A stretch of 64,000 nt of DNA, taken from Sedimenticolaceae bacterium. GTDB taxonomy: Bacteria; Pseudomonadota; Gammaproteobacteria; Chromatiales; Chromatiaceae. The notes below the pieces were generated by a model that saw nothing but the letters and a program-made list of their open reading frames with translations, had not been told where the DNA came from and searched no databases. The DNA lies in the NCBI GenBank assembly GCA_050291725.1, contig JBNKKH010000035.1, forward strand, positions 7,894 to 71,893, written 5' to 3'. The first letter of the stretch is position 1. Every line of letters starts with the position of its first letter. Below are positions 8,747 to 20,731 of this stretch, in pieces. Position numbers and translations under genes: made by a program.

Positions 8747-11700
8747 TTATGGCCTGTTGCCGTAGATCATCTTGACCGCATCTTGATCAAACAGCCGCTC
8801 TAGCCGCCGTAGCAGCTCATCTGTTGGTGTTACCTTCCACTCTGCGCCAAACTCCAATATGCCATAGGAGTCGGGCCGGACCATACGTAGGCGTATATCA
8901 CAGTTTCCACCCCGATATGGTTTAAGTATGCCATCTATTTTGTTTAGAAGCTCTGGGTTAACCGATCCATTAAGTCTAGCGGTATCAAGCTGTATAGCCA
9001 TGGCATACAGTGACCTAGCCTGCTCAAACTCTAATACCTGATCAGCTCGTATAGTTAGCCCGCCGCGATACTCATCGTAGTTGAGGCTACCGGTTACTAC
9101 CAGAATTTTATCCGCCACCAGTAGTTCTCGATACTCCTCATAAGCCTCTGAGAATAGGGTAACTTCGATTCTGGCAGTGCTGTCATCCAGTACAACTGTA
9201 CCCATGCGTCCACGCTGGGTCATACGGTGACTGCAGGAGATCACAAGACCAGCAATCATCACTTTCACACCGCCTTTTTTTCCATAACCTTTGTTGCCAC
9301 TACCACTAGCATTATCCATAGCCAGATCTGAGATACGTGAAATCCCCACCCCAGAAAACTCATTCAGATAGCGGTTTATGGGATGACCGGTGAGATATAG
9401 CCCGAGAGTATCCTTCTCGCCCTGTAAGCGCAGCTGTTCATCCCACTCTTCGCTGGCATCAGGTATTATCTGATCAGGTACCGACTGGACAGTATCATCA
9501 GACATGCCGAACATATCATTCTGCCCCGCCTCCTGCATAGCGAGATGCTGTTCTGCCATTTTGAGGGCCAGTGGCAATTGCGACATAAGGGTGGCTCGGT
9601 TTTCACCCAACTCATCCATAGCACCTGAACGTATTAACGACTCAAGTACTCTGCGATTAGCCTTGCGCAGATCTACTCTGCGACAGAACTCATACAGATC
9701 TTGGTACAGGCCATTTTGCTTGCGCTCCTCAATGATGCTCTCTATAGCGCCTTCACCCACGCCTTTGATGGCACCCAGACCATAGATCACAGTATCGCTG
9801 CCATCTACGGTAAATCTGTACTCAGAGTGGTTCACATGGGGTGGATTGACCTTGAGGTTCATGTGGCGACACTCATCAATCATAACCACAACTTTATCGG
9901 TATGATCCATGTCCGCAGAGAGCACTGCCGCCATAAAGGCCGCTGGATAGTGGGCTTTGAGCCAGAGGGTGTGATATGAGACTAGAGCATAGGCTGCAGA
10001 GTGCGATTTATTAAAACCGTAGCCTGCGAATTTCTCCATCAAATCGAAGATATAGCTAGCTGTATCCTCCTCTACTCCTAACTCCACCGCTCCCTTACGG
10101 AAAATCTCGCCCTGCTTTGCCATCTCCTCCGGTTTTTTCTTACCCATGGCCCTACGCAGCACATCGGCTCCACCCAGGGTATAACCGGCTAGCACCTGTG
10201 CAATCTGCATAACCTGCTCTTGGTACAGAATAACCCCGTAGGTGGATTTGAGGATAGGCTCTAGGGCTGGATGGGGGTACTCCACCTTCTGGCGTCCATG
10301 TTTACGGGCAATGAAATCGTCCACCATGCCTGACTGCAGTGGTCCAGGGCGGAACAGCGCAACCAGTGCTGTGATATCGTCGAAACAGTCAGGCTGCAGC
10401 TTCTTAATTAGCTCTTTCATGCCCCGCGACTCCAACTGGAATACAGCGGTAGTCCTGCATGACTTTAGCAGATCGAAGGCCGGCTTATCTTCCATGTTGA
10501 GTTGGGTGATATCTATCTCCGGGTCACCAGACTCCTTGCGTTGGGCATTGATGGTTTTCAAGGCCCAATCCACAATGGTTAGGGTGCGCAGGCCAAGAAA
10601 ATCGAACTTAACTAAACCGACAGCCTCAACGTCGTCTTTATCAAACTGGGTAACTAGATTATCACCACTGGCTTCGCAGTAGAGAGGAGTGAAATCGGTT
10701 AGGACCGTGGGAGCAATGACCACGCCACCAGCATGTTTACCGGCGTTTCTAGAGAGCCCTTCCAGGCTCAAGGCCATATCAATCAGCTCAGCGACCTCTT
10801 CCTCTTGCTTATAGGCCTGGCTTAGCTCTTCATTCTCATCCAGGGCCTTGCTCAGGGTCATACCAATCTCAAACGGGATTAGCTTAGCTATACGGTCTAC
10901 AAAACCATAGGGATGCCCCAATACCCGACCCACATCACGCACCACCGCCTTTGCCGCCATACTGCCGTAAGTGATGATCTGAGATACGGAGTCCCTGCCA
11001 TAGGTATCCGCCACATACTCTATAACCCGATCGCGACCCTCCATGCAGAAATCCACATCAAAATCAGGCATGGAGACACGTTCTGGATTCAGGAAACGCT
11101 CAAACAGAAGGTCGTGCTCAATGGGGTCAAGATCGGTAATGCCCAATACATAGGCCACTAGAGAGCCAGCACCTGATCCACGTCCAGGACCCACCGGCAC
11201 ATCGTTCTCCTTAGCCCAGCGAATGAAATCCGCCACAATCATAAAGTAGCCAGGAAAACCCATCTGGGTGATCACATCCAGTTCCAACTTTAATCGATCT
11301 TCATACTCTTTACGTTTGGCAGCATAGTCCGGATCTAACTTATCCAGAATCCCCTGCAATCGGTTCTCAAGTCCCTGTTCCGACTGTTGTACCGTAAATT
11401 GCTCTATAGTCATGCCCTCAGGCACTGGGAAGTCGGGCAGATAGTTTTTCCCGAGGGTCAGCTCCAGGTTACAGCGCTTTGCTATCTCAACACTATTGGC
11501 CAGGGCCTCTGGTAGATCAGAAAATAGCTCAGCCATCTCTTCAGGGCTGCGCAGGTACTGTTGCGGACTGTAGTTTTTGGGGCGGCGAGGATCATCCAGA
11601 GTGCGGCCATCGTGGATACACACCCGCACTTCGTGGGAATCAAAATCATCTTGGGCAAGAAAACGTACGTCATTAGTTGCAACCAGTGGAACTCCAGTCT

Positions 11701-12268
11701 CTATGGAGAGTTCAACGCTGGCATGGAGACAATCCTCTTCTTGTGGTCTCCCGGTGCGATTAACCTCAAGATAGTAGCGATCTCCAAATAGAGAGAGCCA
11801 CTGCTCGGTCAACTCTTTAGCCTGCTGCTTGTTGCCACTCAAGAGCATACGGCCTACATCTCCATCACGCCCTCCAGAAAGTGCTATGAGGCCGTCACAA
11901 CTGCCATTGAGCCACTCTCTATCCAGCATCGGCTTACCAAGGTGTTGCCCCTCTTGGTAGCTTCTGGAGATTAGGTTAGTAAGGTTGCGATAACCTTCAA
12001 CACTCTGCACCAGCAGGATAATTCTACTGGGCTGGTTAGCATCCTGCTCATTATGCAACCAGCAATCTGCCCCGATGATGGGTTTTACCCCACCAGCGAT
12101 AGCTGCGCGATAGAATTTCACCATGGCAAACAGATTTGACTGGTCGGTAACTGCCACGGCGGGCATCCCAGCCTCACTAACTGCTTTTATTAGGGGTTTT
12201 ATTCTGACCACTCCATCTACCAGGGAGAATTCTGAGTGCAAACGTAGATGGATAAATTTGGGTTCCAT
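8747..12268 (-). CDS. dnaE: DNA polymerase III alpha subunit
   Basis: 1173 aa with an N-terminal PHP domain (FIHLRLHSEFSLVDG) and GSGAGSLVAYVLGITDLDP; rnhB-dnaE-accA synteny. Confidence 0.97.
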   Translation of the reverse strand: MEPKFIHLRLHSEFSLVDGVVRIKPLIKAVSEAGMPAVAVTDQSNLFAMVKFYRAAIAGGVKPIIGADCWLHNEQDANQPSRIILLVQSVEGYRNLTNLISRSYQEGQHLGKPMLDREWLNGSCDGLIALSGGRDGDVGRMLLSGNKQQAKELTEQWLSLFGDRYYLEVNRTGRPQEEDCLHASVELSIETGVPLVATNDVRFLAQDDFDSHEVRVCIHDGRTLDDPRRPKNYSPQQYLRSPEEMAELFSDLPEALANSVEIAKRCNLELTLGKNYLPDFPVPEGMTIEQFTVQQSEQGLENRLQGILDKLDPDYAAKRKEYEDRLKLELDVITQMGFPGYFMIVADFIRWAKENDVPVGPGRGSGAGSLVAYVLGITDLDPIEHDLLFERFLNPERVSMPDFDVDFCMEGRDRVIEYVADTYGRDSVSQIITYGSMAAKAVVRDVGRVLGHPYGFVDRIAKLIPFEIGMTLSKALDENEELSQAYKQEEEVAELIDMALSLEGLSRNAGKHAGGVVIAPTVLTDFTPLYCEASGDNLVTQFDKDDVEAVGLVKFDFLGLRTLTIVDWALKTINAQRKESGDPEIDITQLNMEDKPAFDLLKSCRTTAVFQLESRGMKELIKKLQPDCFDDITALVALFRPGPLQSGMVDDFIARKHGRQKVEYPHPALEPILKSTYGVILYQEQVMQIAQVLAGYTLGGADVLRRAMGKKKPEEMAKQGEIFRKGAVELGVEEDTASYIFDLMEKFAGYGFNKSHSAAYALVSYHTLWLKAHYPAAFMAAVLSADMDHTDKVVVMIDECRHMNLKVNPPHVNHSEYRFTVDGSDTVIYGLGAIKGVGEGAIESIIEERKQNGLYQDLYEFCRRVDLRKANRRVLESLIRSGAMDELGENRATLMSQLPLALKMAEQHLAMQEAGQNDMFGMSDDTVQSVPDQIIPDASEEWDEQLRLQGEKDTLGLYLTGHPINRYLNEFSGVGISRISDLAMDNASGSGNKGYGKKGGVKVMIAGLVISCSHRMTQRGRMGTVVLDDSTARIEVTLFSEAYEEYRELLVADKILVVTGSLNYDEYRGGLTIRADQVLEFEQARSLYAMAIQLDTARLNGSVNPELLNKIDGILKPYRGGNCDIRLRMVRPDSYGILEFGAEWKVTPTDELLRRLERLFDQDAVKMIYGNRP

Positions 12269-12352
12269 AGTGTGAGTTATGATACCGAAATTGGCTATTC
12301 TCTGTCTCGACTGATATTACAAAAATGGAAGAATTTTACAGCGGAATATTTT

Positions 12353-12928
12353 CTATATATCTATCAGCTTCTTTACCGGCCCAAATGACCTGCGGTGTAT
12401 AGCGGTCACTCCAAGCTGCTGCAGCGCCTCTATATGGGCCTTGGTTGGATATCCCTTATGTTTAGCCAGTCCGTAGCCAGGATATTTTATATCCAACTCC
12501 TTCATCTCTCTGTCTCTAGCCACCTTGGCTATGATAGATGCGGCACTTATAGCCGGTTCGCTGCTGTCTCCACCAACTATTGCCTGCACGCTGCAAGCAA
12601 GATCCGGACATCTATTGCCATCTACTAGGGCATGGGACGGGGGGATGGCTAAGGACTCAACTGCCCGCTTCATGGCTAAAAGAGATGCCTGGAGTATATT
12701 TAAATGATCGATCTCATCCACCTCTGCCCTACCTAGAGACCAAGCTAGAGCACGCTGCTTAATTATCAGCTCCAGGGCTTCGCGTTTTTTTTCTGACAGT
12801 TTCTTGGAGTCCGCCAATCCCTCAATCGGACGACTTGGGTCAAGAATCACCGCAGCAGCGACAACAGGTCCAGCAAGGGGCCCTCTCCCAACCTCATCTA
12901 CCCCTGCAATATTATCTGTTGCCGACAT
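12353..12928 (-). CDS. rnhB: Ribonuclease HII
   Basis: [19 protein letters not shown] and DSKKLS motifs; lpxB-rnhB-dnaE order. Confidence 0.95.
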   Translation of the reverse strand: MSATDNIAGVDEVGRGPLAGPVVAAAVILDPSRPIEGLADSKKLSEKKREALELIIKQRALAWSLGRAEVDEIDHLNILQASLLAMKRAVESLAIPPSHALVDGNRCPDLACSVQAIVGGDSSEPAISAASIIAKVARDREMKELDIKYPGYGLAKHKGYPTKAHIEALQQLGVTAIHRRSFGPVKKLIDI

Positions 12929-12946
12929 ATTAACTACTGACCCTGG

Positions 12947-14131
12947 TTATTTCTTGGATTCAATCAGTTCAAGTACCGCTTCTGCTGCCCTCGCACTGGC
13001 ATTAAGACGTAGCTCTCTATGTATCTTGTCGCCTATCTTCTGCATGGTATGGGCAATCTCATCTGACTCTAGGATATCAATAAGCGCGCTAGCCAGTGTC
13101 TCAGGCCGGACATCATCCTGCAGTATTTCTGGGGCTATCTTCTCTCCCGCCAGCATATTTGCCAGGGATATATAAGGCGATTTAATTAGTTGAAAACGGG
13201 TAAAGATCCAGTGAGTTAACCAGTGCAGACGATAGGCAATGACCATTGGCCTCTTAAGTAGCAGTGCCTCCAGGGTTGCCGTACCTGATGCCAGCAATAC
13301 AGCATCTGCTGACTGTATAGCATCATGAGCATTGCCATCTACTAGCGCTATCGGCAGATCAGGTGCCACCTGCTGTAGAGTAGATTTAAAGTGATCTTTG
13401 GCACGACTATTAACTAGTGGCACAACAAACTGAAGATCTTGAAATCGTTCATTACAGAGTTTAGCGGCACGTATGAAGTCTTCACTCAGATATCTGATTT
13501 CACTCATTCTGCTGCCGGGCAGTATGGCTATGGTCGTACGCTCTTGCTCCAAACCGAGGCGCTCTCTGGCGCCAGATTGGTCTAATTCAAGAGGAATGAT
13601 GTCAGCCAGAGGATGCCCAACATGGATAGATGGAACAGAGTGACTTTCCAGAAACTGTTTTTCAAAAGGAAAAAGGCTAAGAATTAGGTCTACCGACTCT
13701 CGTATCTTCTTAACTCTGCCAGAACGCCAAGCCCACACAGATGGACAGACGTAATGTACGGTAGTGATGCCTGAACTTCTAAGATCGCGCTCCAGACTGA
13801 GATTAAAATCAGGACCATCTACACCAATAAAAATATCCGGGGGATTATCCAGAAAATGCTTACGTATTTTGCGCCTGATAGATAGGACCTCAGGCAGATG
13901 AGAAAGAACCTCAACTAGCCCCATCACCGACAGCTTTTCAATTGGGCAGAGTGAGTTACACCCCTCATGCAACATTTGAGGACCAGCAATACCCTCAAAT
14001 ACAACATTAGGCACCCTTGCCTTAAGTTCACGCATCAAACCAGCTGCGAGTATATCTCCAGAAACCTCATTGGCGACTATGCCAACTCTCAACTCACATA
14101 CCTCAGCGGACAATACTTCTGTCGCGACCAC
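12947..14131 (-). CDS. lpxB: Lipid-A-disaccharide synthase
   Basis: N-terminal VANEVSGDILAAGLMRELK (GExSGD motif); lpxA-lpxB synteny. The ORF-track start overlaps the lpxA 3' end by 29 nt, so the exact start is uncertain. Confidence 0.92.
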   Translation of the reverse strand: MVATEVLSAEVCELRVGIVANEVSGDILAAGLMRELKARVPNVVFEGIAGPQMLHEGCNSLCPIEKLSVMGLVEVLSHLPEVLSIRRKIRKHFLDNPPDIFIGVDGPDFNLSLERDLRSSGITTVHYVCPSVWAWRSGRVKKIRESVDLILSLFPFEKQFLESHSVPSIHVGHPLADIIPLELDQSGARERLGLEQERTTIAILPGSRMSEIRYLSEDFIRAAKLCNERFQDLQFVVPLVNSRAKDHFKSTLQQVAPDLPIALVDGNAHDAIQSADAVLLASGTATLEALLLKRPMVIAYRLHWLTHWIFTRFQLIKSPYISLANMLAGEKIAPEILQDDVRPETLASALIDILESDEIAHTMQKIGDKIHRELRLNASARAAEAVLELIESKK

Positions 14132-14873
14132 TGAAAAAGTCAGCCATTATGGTGAGTTCTGGACACTCTTTCGACATCTCCTGGATGGCGTCAAAGGCGT
14201 CAGCAAGCTTCATCTGTTTCTTATAGATTATTTTGTAGGCCTGTTTGATTTTCCTTAGCGCTTCATCACTGAAACCACGTCTGCGCAGCCCTTCGGAATT
14301 GATTCCATAAGGCTTTGCTGGGTTACCGTCAGTCAACACATAGGGAGGAATATCTCTTTTTACGGTACTGCCTAGGCCACTAAAACTATGGGCGCCAATA
14401 TGCACAAACTGATGCACACAACAAAAACCGCCAAGGATAGCCCAGTCGCCGACATGCACATGCCCTGCTAAAGATGCGGCATTAGCCAATATGGTGTGAT
14501 TTCCAACCTGACAGTCATGGGCAAGATGGCTATAGGCCATCATTAGGTTGTCGCTGCCAAGACGAGTTACTTTTGAGTCCTGAGTAGTTCCACGATTAAT
14601 AGTTACAAACTCACGGATGGTATTCCGATCACCGATTTCCAGGAAGGTCTCTTCTCCCGCGTACTTCATATCTTGCGGATCTTCGCCTATGGAAGAAAAC
14701 TGAAAGATCTTATTATCTACACCAATTGTAGTGGAACCCTTTATAACGACATGGGGACCGACGGTGGTACCTTTTCCGATCTTAACCCCAGCACCAATAA
14801 TGCTGAATGGTCCTACAGTCACTCCTTCGTCTATCTCAGCCTTTGGATCAATAATTGCCTTTGGATCTATCAC
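14103..14873 (-). CDS. lpxA: Acyl-ACP--UDP-N-acetylglucosamine O-acyltransferase
   Basis: Hexapeptide-repeat protein ending ...[11 protein letters not shown]. The ORF track starts at a GTG (14897). A GTG at 14873 gives [17 protein letters not shown], matching the usual LpxA N-terminus, and overlaps the fabZ stop as GTGA. Confidence 0.92.
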   Translation of the reverse strand: MIDPKAIIDPKAEIDEGVTVGPFSIIGAGVKIGKGTTVGPHVVIKGSTTIGVDNKIFQFSSIGEDPQDMKYAGEETFLEIGDRNTIREFVTINRGTTQDSKVTRLGSDNLMMAYSHLAHDCQVGNHTILANAASLAGHVHVGDWAILGGFCCVHQFVHIGAHSFSGLGSTVKRDIPPYVLTDGNPAKPYGINSEGLRRRGFSDEALRKIKQAYKIIYKKQMKLADAFDAIQEMSKECPELTIMADFFSGRDRSIVR

Positions 14874-15334
14874 TCGTTTGCATCCCGTGAAGTACACATA
14901 ATCTCTGCTGTAGCTACCACCTTTCCATCAACTGTAGCTACACATTCATAAACACCTATACCGCGTTTTAGTTTTGTCAGAACAGCTTCGATCTGTAATT
15001 GATCACCAGGTCCAACCGGTTTTTTAAAGCGGGCCTTGTCGATTCCTACAAATAGATATATTGAGGTGTCGGTAACTGATTCAGGGTTGGAAGCACCAGC
15101 TAATAGCCCAGTTGCTTGCGCCATAGCCTCAACAATCATAACACCTGGCATAACTGGTTTTACCGGAAAATGCCCGGTGAAGAATTGTTCATTGTAGGTT
15201 ACATTTTTAACCGCCAGTAGGCGCTTATCCTTCTCAAATTCAATGACTTTATCTAATAACAGGAATGGATAGCGGTGCGGCAATATGCGCAGTATCTCTT
15301 GAATATCCATAGTAATCAAAGCGTTACCCTCCAC
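14870..15334 (-). CDS. fabZ: 3-hydroxyacyl-ACP dehydratase
   Basis: [13 protein letters not shown]...FTGHFP...[11 protein letters not shown]; lpxD-fabZ-lpxA order. Confidence 0.95.
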   Translation of the reverse strand: MEGNALITMDIQEILRILPHRYPFLLLDKVIEFEKDKRLLAVKNVTYNEQFFTGHFPVKPVMPGVMIVEAMAQATGLLAGASNPESVTDTSIYLFVGIDKARFKKPVGPGDQLQIEAVLTKLKRGIGVYECVATVDGKVVATAEIMCTSRDANE

Positions 15335-15370
15335 ACTCCAGCATATATTCCTGGAATTTGATTCATTAGT

Positions 15371-16411
15371 TTATGCGTCACTCTGGTCATTACTTAACTC
15401 AGAGAGACGTTTTTCCAACTGTTTAATTCTCTTAACCATATCATCTAGATTTCGCAGATGGGCAACGGTTTTTCTCCAATCTTTATTTGGCATTGCAGGC
15501 AGATTGCCACTGTAATATCCAGGCTCAGAAAAAGATCTGGTTACTAAGCTTTCTGCTGAGAAATGGACATTGTCTGCAAATTCAAGATGACCTACTACTA
15601 CTACCCCGCCACCAATTGTTGACTGTTTACCAATCTTGGTTGAGCCAGCAATTCCTGTACATGCAGCAATAGCAGTGTTATCTCCAATCTCTACGTTATG
15701 GGCGACTTGAATTTGGTTATCCAGCTTAACGCCATTCCCTATAACTGTATCGCACAAGGCACCACGGTCGATGGTAGTGTTAGCACCTATTTCCACATCA
15801 TCACCAACTTGGACGCTACCAAGTTGTGGCACCTTCACCCAAACCCCATCATCATTGGCTATCCCGAAGCCATCACTACCAATCACTACTCCAGGATGAA
15901 TCAATACGCGACTTCCTATTGTCACTCCATGACAAAGCGTTACATTAGCTACCAACTCCGTCTCTGCACCTACAGTTACATCATTTGCTATAACACAACC
16001 TGGGCCAACTTGAACATTAGGGCCTAGGTTTGCATTCTCTCCTATTACAACACCAGGACCTAACCAGGCAGTTGGATCCACAGATGCGCTATCCGCTATC
16101 GAAGCAGATTCATGTCGCCCGGCTTTCTTTTCTGCTGGAGGATGCATATAAGCACTGATGCGCGCAAATGCTAAATATGGATTATCACACACAAGCGCTG
16201 CCACCGGACACTCACCAAGAAACTCTTTGGCAAGAATCACAGCGGTAGCGCTGGTGTTCGATAAATGCTTTCTATATTTGTTATTGCTGAGAAAGGTAAT
16301 AGATCCAGTTTTTGCATCATGCAGTGTTGCAACAGTTTCTACTGTAGCGTCTGCGTCTCCATGCAGTTTGGCACCTACTAGATCAGCAAGTTCTCTTAAT
16401 CTATAACTCAA
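15371..16411 (-). CDS. lpxD: UDP-3-O-acylglucosamine N-acyltransferase
   Basis: 346 aa with a long left-handed beta-helix hexapeptide region; lies between skp and fabZ. Confidence 0.93.
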   Translation of the reverse strand: MSYRLRELADLVGAKLHGDADATVETVATLHDAKTGSITFLSNNKYRKHLSNTSATAVILAKEFLGECPVAALVCDNPYLAFARISAYMHPPAEKKAGRHESASIADSASVDPTAWLGPGVVIGENANLGPNVQVGPGCVIANDVTVGAETELVANVTLCHGVTIGSRVLIHPGVVIGSDGFGIANDDGVWVKVPQLGSVQVGDDVEIGANTTIDRGALCDTVIGNGVKLDNQIQVAHNVEIGDNTAIAACTGIAGSTKIGKQSTIGGGVVVVGHLEFADNVHFSAESLVTRSFSEPGYYSGNLPAMPNKDWRKTVAHLRNLDDMVKRIKQLEKRLSELSNDQSDA

Positions 16412-16430
16412 GCTGGTATCTCCAGCCCTA

Positions 16431-16943
16431 TTATTTACCCTTCCCTTGAGACAACTGCTTTAATACCTTATCAGATATATCAGATCCTGGACTGGCATAG
16501 GCAACACCTGCACTTAGGACAATATCTATATTTTCCTGTTTGCTCAGGCTCTTAACCACTTCTGATATTTTACGCAGCAGCTTATTAATCTCTTCTGAAC
16601 GACGCAGATTAAGGTCTTCTCTGAATTCAGCACTGGAGGTATTTAGGTCGCGTCTCTGGCGACGAATATCCTGCTCAATATTCTTAACCTCAGACGAACT
16701 CATTACCGCCCTATCTTTAGTCAATTTTTCTTCAAGCGTCTTCAGCTTTTTGCGCTTACTTAGAAGAGAGTTATTACGCTTCTTAAATTCAGCCTCAAGC
16801 TTTTTCATAATTGCTGTTGACTGAGGTGACTTCTTCACAACCTTCTCTGTATTCACATAAGCAATTTTCTGAGCCTGGGCTACGCCGACCCCAAATACAC
16901 AAAATAGGCATGCAGCCACACATATGATTGCTGTCTTTTTCAA
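16431..16943 (-). CDS. skp: Periplasmic chaperone Skp (OmpH)
   Basis: 170 aa with a signal peptide and a charged coiled-coil body; bamA-skp-lpxD position. Confidence 0.85.
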   Translation of the reverse strand: MKKTAIICVAACLFCVFGVGVAQAQKIAYVNTEKVVKKSPQSTAIMKKLEAEFKKRNNSLLSKRKKLKTLEEKLTKDRAVMSSSEVKNIEQDIRRQRRDLNTSSAEFREDLNLRRSEEINKLLRKISEVVKSLSKQENIDIVLSAGVAYASPGSDISDKVLKQLSQGKGK

Positions 16944-16961
16944 AACTATTCTCCAGTATTA

Positions 16962-19262
16962 TTAGAATGCTGTACCAAAGGTGAATTGGAAGTTCTCAGT
17001 GTCATCATCACTCTCATCATTCAGAGGCAACGCAACGACAAATCCAAGCGGACCCATGGGCGATAGCCATTTCAGTGAGAGGCCAGTCGAGTAACGTAGA
17101 TCTCCGATATCCACACTATCATCATCTGTATCGTATACATTACCCACATCAACAAAGGCGCCCAAGCGCACAGTATCTGGGGCAAGTCCTAACGGATCAG
17201 GAAAAGTAACTTCCATACTACCAAAGAGCTTCATATTGCCGCCCAATGGATCATCCAGTGAATCACGTGGACCAAGACTGTAGTCTTTATAGCCACGTAC
17301 CGTCTTTACGCCTCCTCCAAAATAGTTCTTGAAGAATGGCAGTTTTTCCGTATCACCATAGCCGTCGCCATAGCCAATATCACCGTTCAGAGAGAGGGTT
17401 AGAGATTCTGACAAGGGGAAATAACGCTTATGCGAATAGGCAACCTTGTAGTACTCCAGATCGCTACCGGGCAAGGTCATCTCTGCTGACAACTTCTGAA
17501 CACCACCTCTACTTGGGAACAGAGAGGAGTCACGGGAGTCACTGCTCCAGCTTACGCCTAGCTGATAGTCCACAAAGCTGTTGCCATTATCTGTCTCAAA
17601 TTGTTTGACTTGAGTAGAGACGTTACTACCCGTTCCGGTTTCAAACTCAGTATTAACTACCCTGAAGTCAAACCTGACCCGGTCGTACTCATTTAGGGGT
17701 ATACCAAAATTAACCCCGGCACTAGCAACATCGGTTTTGTACTTGGCTGTATCAATATCAGCGAAGTCGGTCTGTTTGTACATCAAATCGAATCCACGAC
17801 TGATGCCGTCCACTGTGTAGTATGGGTTGGTATACCCAACCTGATAGTGGCGTTGGGAATCACTGTTATTGAAGGCAAATACTACCCGCTTACCAGTACC
17901 CAGAAAATTATTCTGAGAGATACTGGAGTTAAACATGATTCCGTCTGATTTAGACCAGCCGATACCGGCCATAATGTTACCGGTCTGCTTCTCTTTAACA
18001 GTAACATTCACATCAACCTGATCGGTTGAGCCTGGAACAGCGGGTGTTTCTATAGTTACTGAATCAAAGTAGCCCAAACGCCGCAGGCGCTCTTTAGAGA
18101 GTTTAACCTGCTCAGATGAAAACCATGCAGACTCCATCTGTCTCATTTCACGGCGTAGAACTTCGTCTCTAGTGTTGCTGTTACCACGGAAATTAACATT
18201 TCTTACGTATACCCGTTTACCCGGATCAACAAAGTAAGTGACAGCTACCGTTTTCTTCTCTTCATTAATTTCAGGGATACTGTTTACGTTAGCAAAGGCG
18301 TAGCCATTTTTTCCAAGCAGACTATTGATACGCTCTGCACTATCGACCACATCTTTACGGGAGAAGATGGTACCGCGACTCAAATGAATGAGTGGAAAAA
18401 TCTGCTCCTTAGGCACCGCCATTCTACCAGCCAATTTGATATCGTTAATGGTGTATACATCACCCTCAGTTATATTGATGGTAATGTATATGTCACTCTT
18501 ATCTGGGCTAATTGATACCTGAGTGGAGTTGACTTTAAAGTTGATATATCCCCTATCCAGATAGTAGGAGCGGAGGGTTTCTAGATCAGCCGACAGTTTC
18601 TGCTTGGAGTACTGATTATTCTTGGTGATCCTGGAGAGCATATTGCTCGTACCCAGCTTAAATGAATCCAGAAGATCTTCCTCTTCAAACGAGGTATTCC
18701 CCACAATATTTATACGCTTAATTCTCGCGGCCGAACCCTCTTTTATTGCTATATCAACAGCAACTCGGTTGCGTTCTAGTGGTGTTACTGTTGATTCCAG
18801 CTTTACGCCATATTTGCCGTTGCTGAAATACTGTCTTCTTAGCTCACGCTCTATTCGGTCTAGAACAGAGTTATTGAATACTCTGCCCTCGGCCAGGCCA
18901 ATATCCTTTAGGCTCATGAGCAACTGCTCTGTTTCCATAGAGTCATTACCGGTGATACCAATCTGAGCAATTGCTGGCCTCTCCTGGACGAAGACGATTA
19001 ATACGTCATCTTCTCTCTCCAGTCTTACATTCTTGAAGAAACCGGTTTTATACAGCTCTCTGATGATGGAAGAACTCTGTTCAGACTGTATACGTTCGCC
19101 TATTTTGACGGGGATGTGATTAAAAACTGTACCAGCTGATATACGCTGTAAACCCTCTACACGAATATCCTTAATCACAAACATATCGGCCAGCACAACG
19201 GCAGGAAGCCAGGAAATGGCCAATATCATTAGCGTCAGCAATCTTTTATTTCGCAGCAGCAT
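16962..19262 (-). CDS. bamA: Outer membrane protein assembly factor BamA
   Basis: 766 aa with a signal peptide and POTRA start IKDIRVEGLQRIS. The C-terminal beta-barrel ends in ...FQFTFGTAF. Confidence 0.95.
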   Translation of the reverse strand: MLLRNKRLLTLMILAISWLPAVVLADMFVIKDIRVEGLQRISAGTVFNHIPVKIGERIQSEQSSSIIRELYKTGFFKNVRLEREDDVLIVFVQERPAIAQIGITGNDSMETEQLLMSLKDIGLAEGRVFNNSVLDRIERELRRQYFSNGKYGVKLESTVTPLERNRVAVDIAIKEGSAARIKRINIVGNTSFEEEDLLDSFKLGTSNMLSRITKNNQYSKQKLSADLETLRSYYLDRGYINFKVNSTQVSISPDKSDIYITINITEGDVYTINDIKLAGRMAVPKEQIFPLIHLSRGTIFSRKDVVDSAERINSLLGKNGYAFANVNSIPEINEEKKTVAVTYFVDPGKRVYVRNVNFRGNSNTRDEVLRREMRQMESAWFSSEQVKLSKERLRRLGYFDSVTIETPAVPGSTDQVDVNVTVKEKQTGNIMAGIGWSKSDGIMFNSSISQNNFLGTGKRVVFAFNNSDSQRHYQVGYTNPYYTVDGISRGFDLMYKQTDFADIDTAKYKTDVASAGVNFGIPLNEYDRVRFDFRVVNTEFETGTGSNVSTQVKQFETDNGNSFVDYQLGVSWSSDSRDSSLFPSRGGVQKLSAEMTLPGSDLEYYKVAYSHKRYFPLSESLTLSLNGDIGYGDGYGDTEKLPFFKNYFGGGVKTVRGYKDYSLGPRDSLDDPLGGNMKLFGSMEVTFPDPLGLAPDTVRLGAFVDVGNVYDTDDDSVDIGDLRYSTGLSLKWLSPMGPLGFVVALPLNDESDDDTENFQFTFGTAF

Positions 19263-19366
19263 ATATCTTAACTTCTTGTTTATTAGTAATTATTTTGCAA
19301 AAAAGACCCATGCAGGCCGATTCTGCTCGTTCGCTTTATCCGCACATTATAGTGGAACTTTAATAA

Positions 19367-20731
19367 CTATCCCAGCACCCTTGAAATATCAACATAAAAT
19401 GCCACTCCCATCAATAGCAACAGGGCAATAATTCCAATTTTTTGTCCCACCATTTGAACCTGTTCAGATGGCGGCGACCCCTTGATTGCTTCAATGAAGA
19501 AAAACAGAAGATGCCCGCCATCTAGCACTGGAACCGGTAGAAGATTAAGCACAGCTAAGCTGATACTTACAATTGCCAAGAACTTGATAAAATAGATTGC
19601 GCCGAAACTAGCACTTTTCCCCGCCGTCTGAGCTATAGATATAGGACCACCCAGGTTATCCAGAGATGCTCTTCCTGTTACCATTTTACCCAGCATTCTA
19701 AGCATGAATACCGACATATCCCAGGTTTTGGATAGAGAAGCACCAACTGCGGCTATGGGATTGAGTTTCACCTCAACCCTATAATCATCAAACAACCCAT
19801 CAGGGACAAGAACACCTGCTCCGATACGGCCAACAACTTGATCTCCAGCCTTGAGCTTGCCAATTTTCAGGTCAAGGGTCTGTATCTGGCCATTGCGCTC
19901 TATGGTTATTATCTGGGTAGATTCAGGATGCTTTTGGATAAAGGCGACCAGTCCCGGCCAATCCTCTACCTCTCCCCCTGCTATGGTCAGAATTTTATCC
20001 CCGGTTGTTAGACCAGAATCCTGTGCAGACTCCCCTGGCACTAGCTCTCCTACCACTGCAGGCAGCTTGGGACGACGCACCTTAAGCCCTATCTTGGAGA
20101 TAAAATCCTTCTCCTCCATTACTGCTGCCATTTTATTAATGGGAAAGACTCTCTCACGCAGGTTATCTCTAATGTCATGTACCTGCACTACAACATCTTC
20201 ACTACCAGCAGACTCAGATATAAGGGCGTAAATGAATGATTCCCAGGAGCTGGTCTTATCACCAGAGGTGGCTATAATCTCGTCCCCTACCTGGAATCCA
20301 GCCTGTGCCGCGATGGTCGCTGGCTGCACTTCGCCAACTACAGGCTTAGTTCCCATATCACCGCTGACAAAAACCATCCAATAGGCGAATACAGCGAACA
20401 GAAGGTTGAACAGAGGACCAGCAGCAACTACAGCAGAACGCACTGATAGCGATTGACGGTTAAAGGCCCGGTGTTTCTCCTCTTCGGCAACCTCTCCTTC
20501 CCGCTCATCCAGCATTTTTACATAACCACCCAGAGGGATAGCCGCTAGCACATACTCTGTTGCATCAACTTCGCCGGTTTTTTTCCACAATGCAGGACCA
20601 AACCCTATGGAGAAGCGCAGAACTTTAACTCCAAGCTTGCGGGCAACCCAAAAATGCCCAAACTCATGCACGGAAATTAGGATAGCAAGGGCAACTACGA
20701 ATGAAATTATGGTAAATAACATCGAATTCAT
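19367..20731 (-). CDS. rseP: RIP zinc metalloprotease RseP
   Basis: [10 protein letters not shown] (HExxH) in TM1, PDZ region and [12 protein letters not shown] motif. Confidence 0.93.
   Translation of the reverse strand: MNSMLFTIISFVVALAILISVHEFGHFWVARKLGVKVLRFSIGFGPALWKKTGEVDATEYVLAAIPLGGYVKMLDEREGEVAEEEKHRAFNRQSLSVRSAVVAAGPLFNLLFAVFAYWMVFVSGDMGTKPVVGEVQPATIAAQAGFQVGDEIIATSGDKTSSWESFIYALISESAGSEDVVVQVHDIRDNLRERVFPINKMAAVMEEKDFISKIGLKVRRPKLPAVVGELVPGESAQDSGLTTGDKILTIAGGEVEDWPGLVAFIQKHPESTQIITIERNGQIQTLDLKIGKLKAGDQVVGRIGAGVLVPDGLFDDYRVEVKLNPIAAVGASLSKTWDMSVFMLRMLGKMVTGRASLDNLGGPISIAQTAGKSASFGAIYFIKFLAIVSISLAVLNLLPVPVLDGGHLLFFFIEAIKGSPPSEQVQMVGQKIGIIALLLLMGVAFYVDISRVLG

Noticed and set aside
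9504-11791. Multiple plus-strand ORFs of 65-146 aa inside dnaE (for example 10242-10682).
   Set aside because: They lie antisense within a strongly supported 1173-aa dnaE CDS. Their low-complexity Ser/Arg/Pro-rich translations are typical of antisense frames, and they have no motifs or SD.
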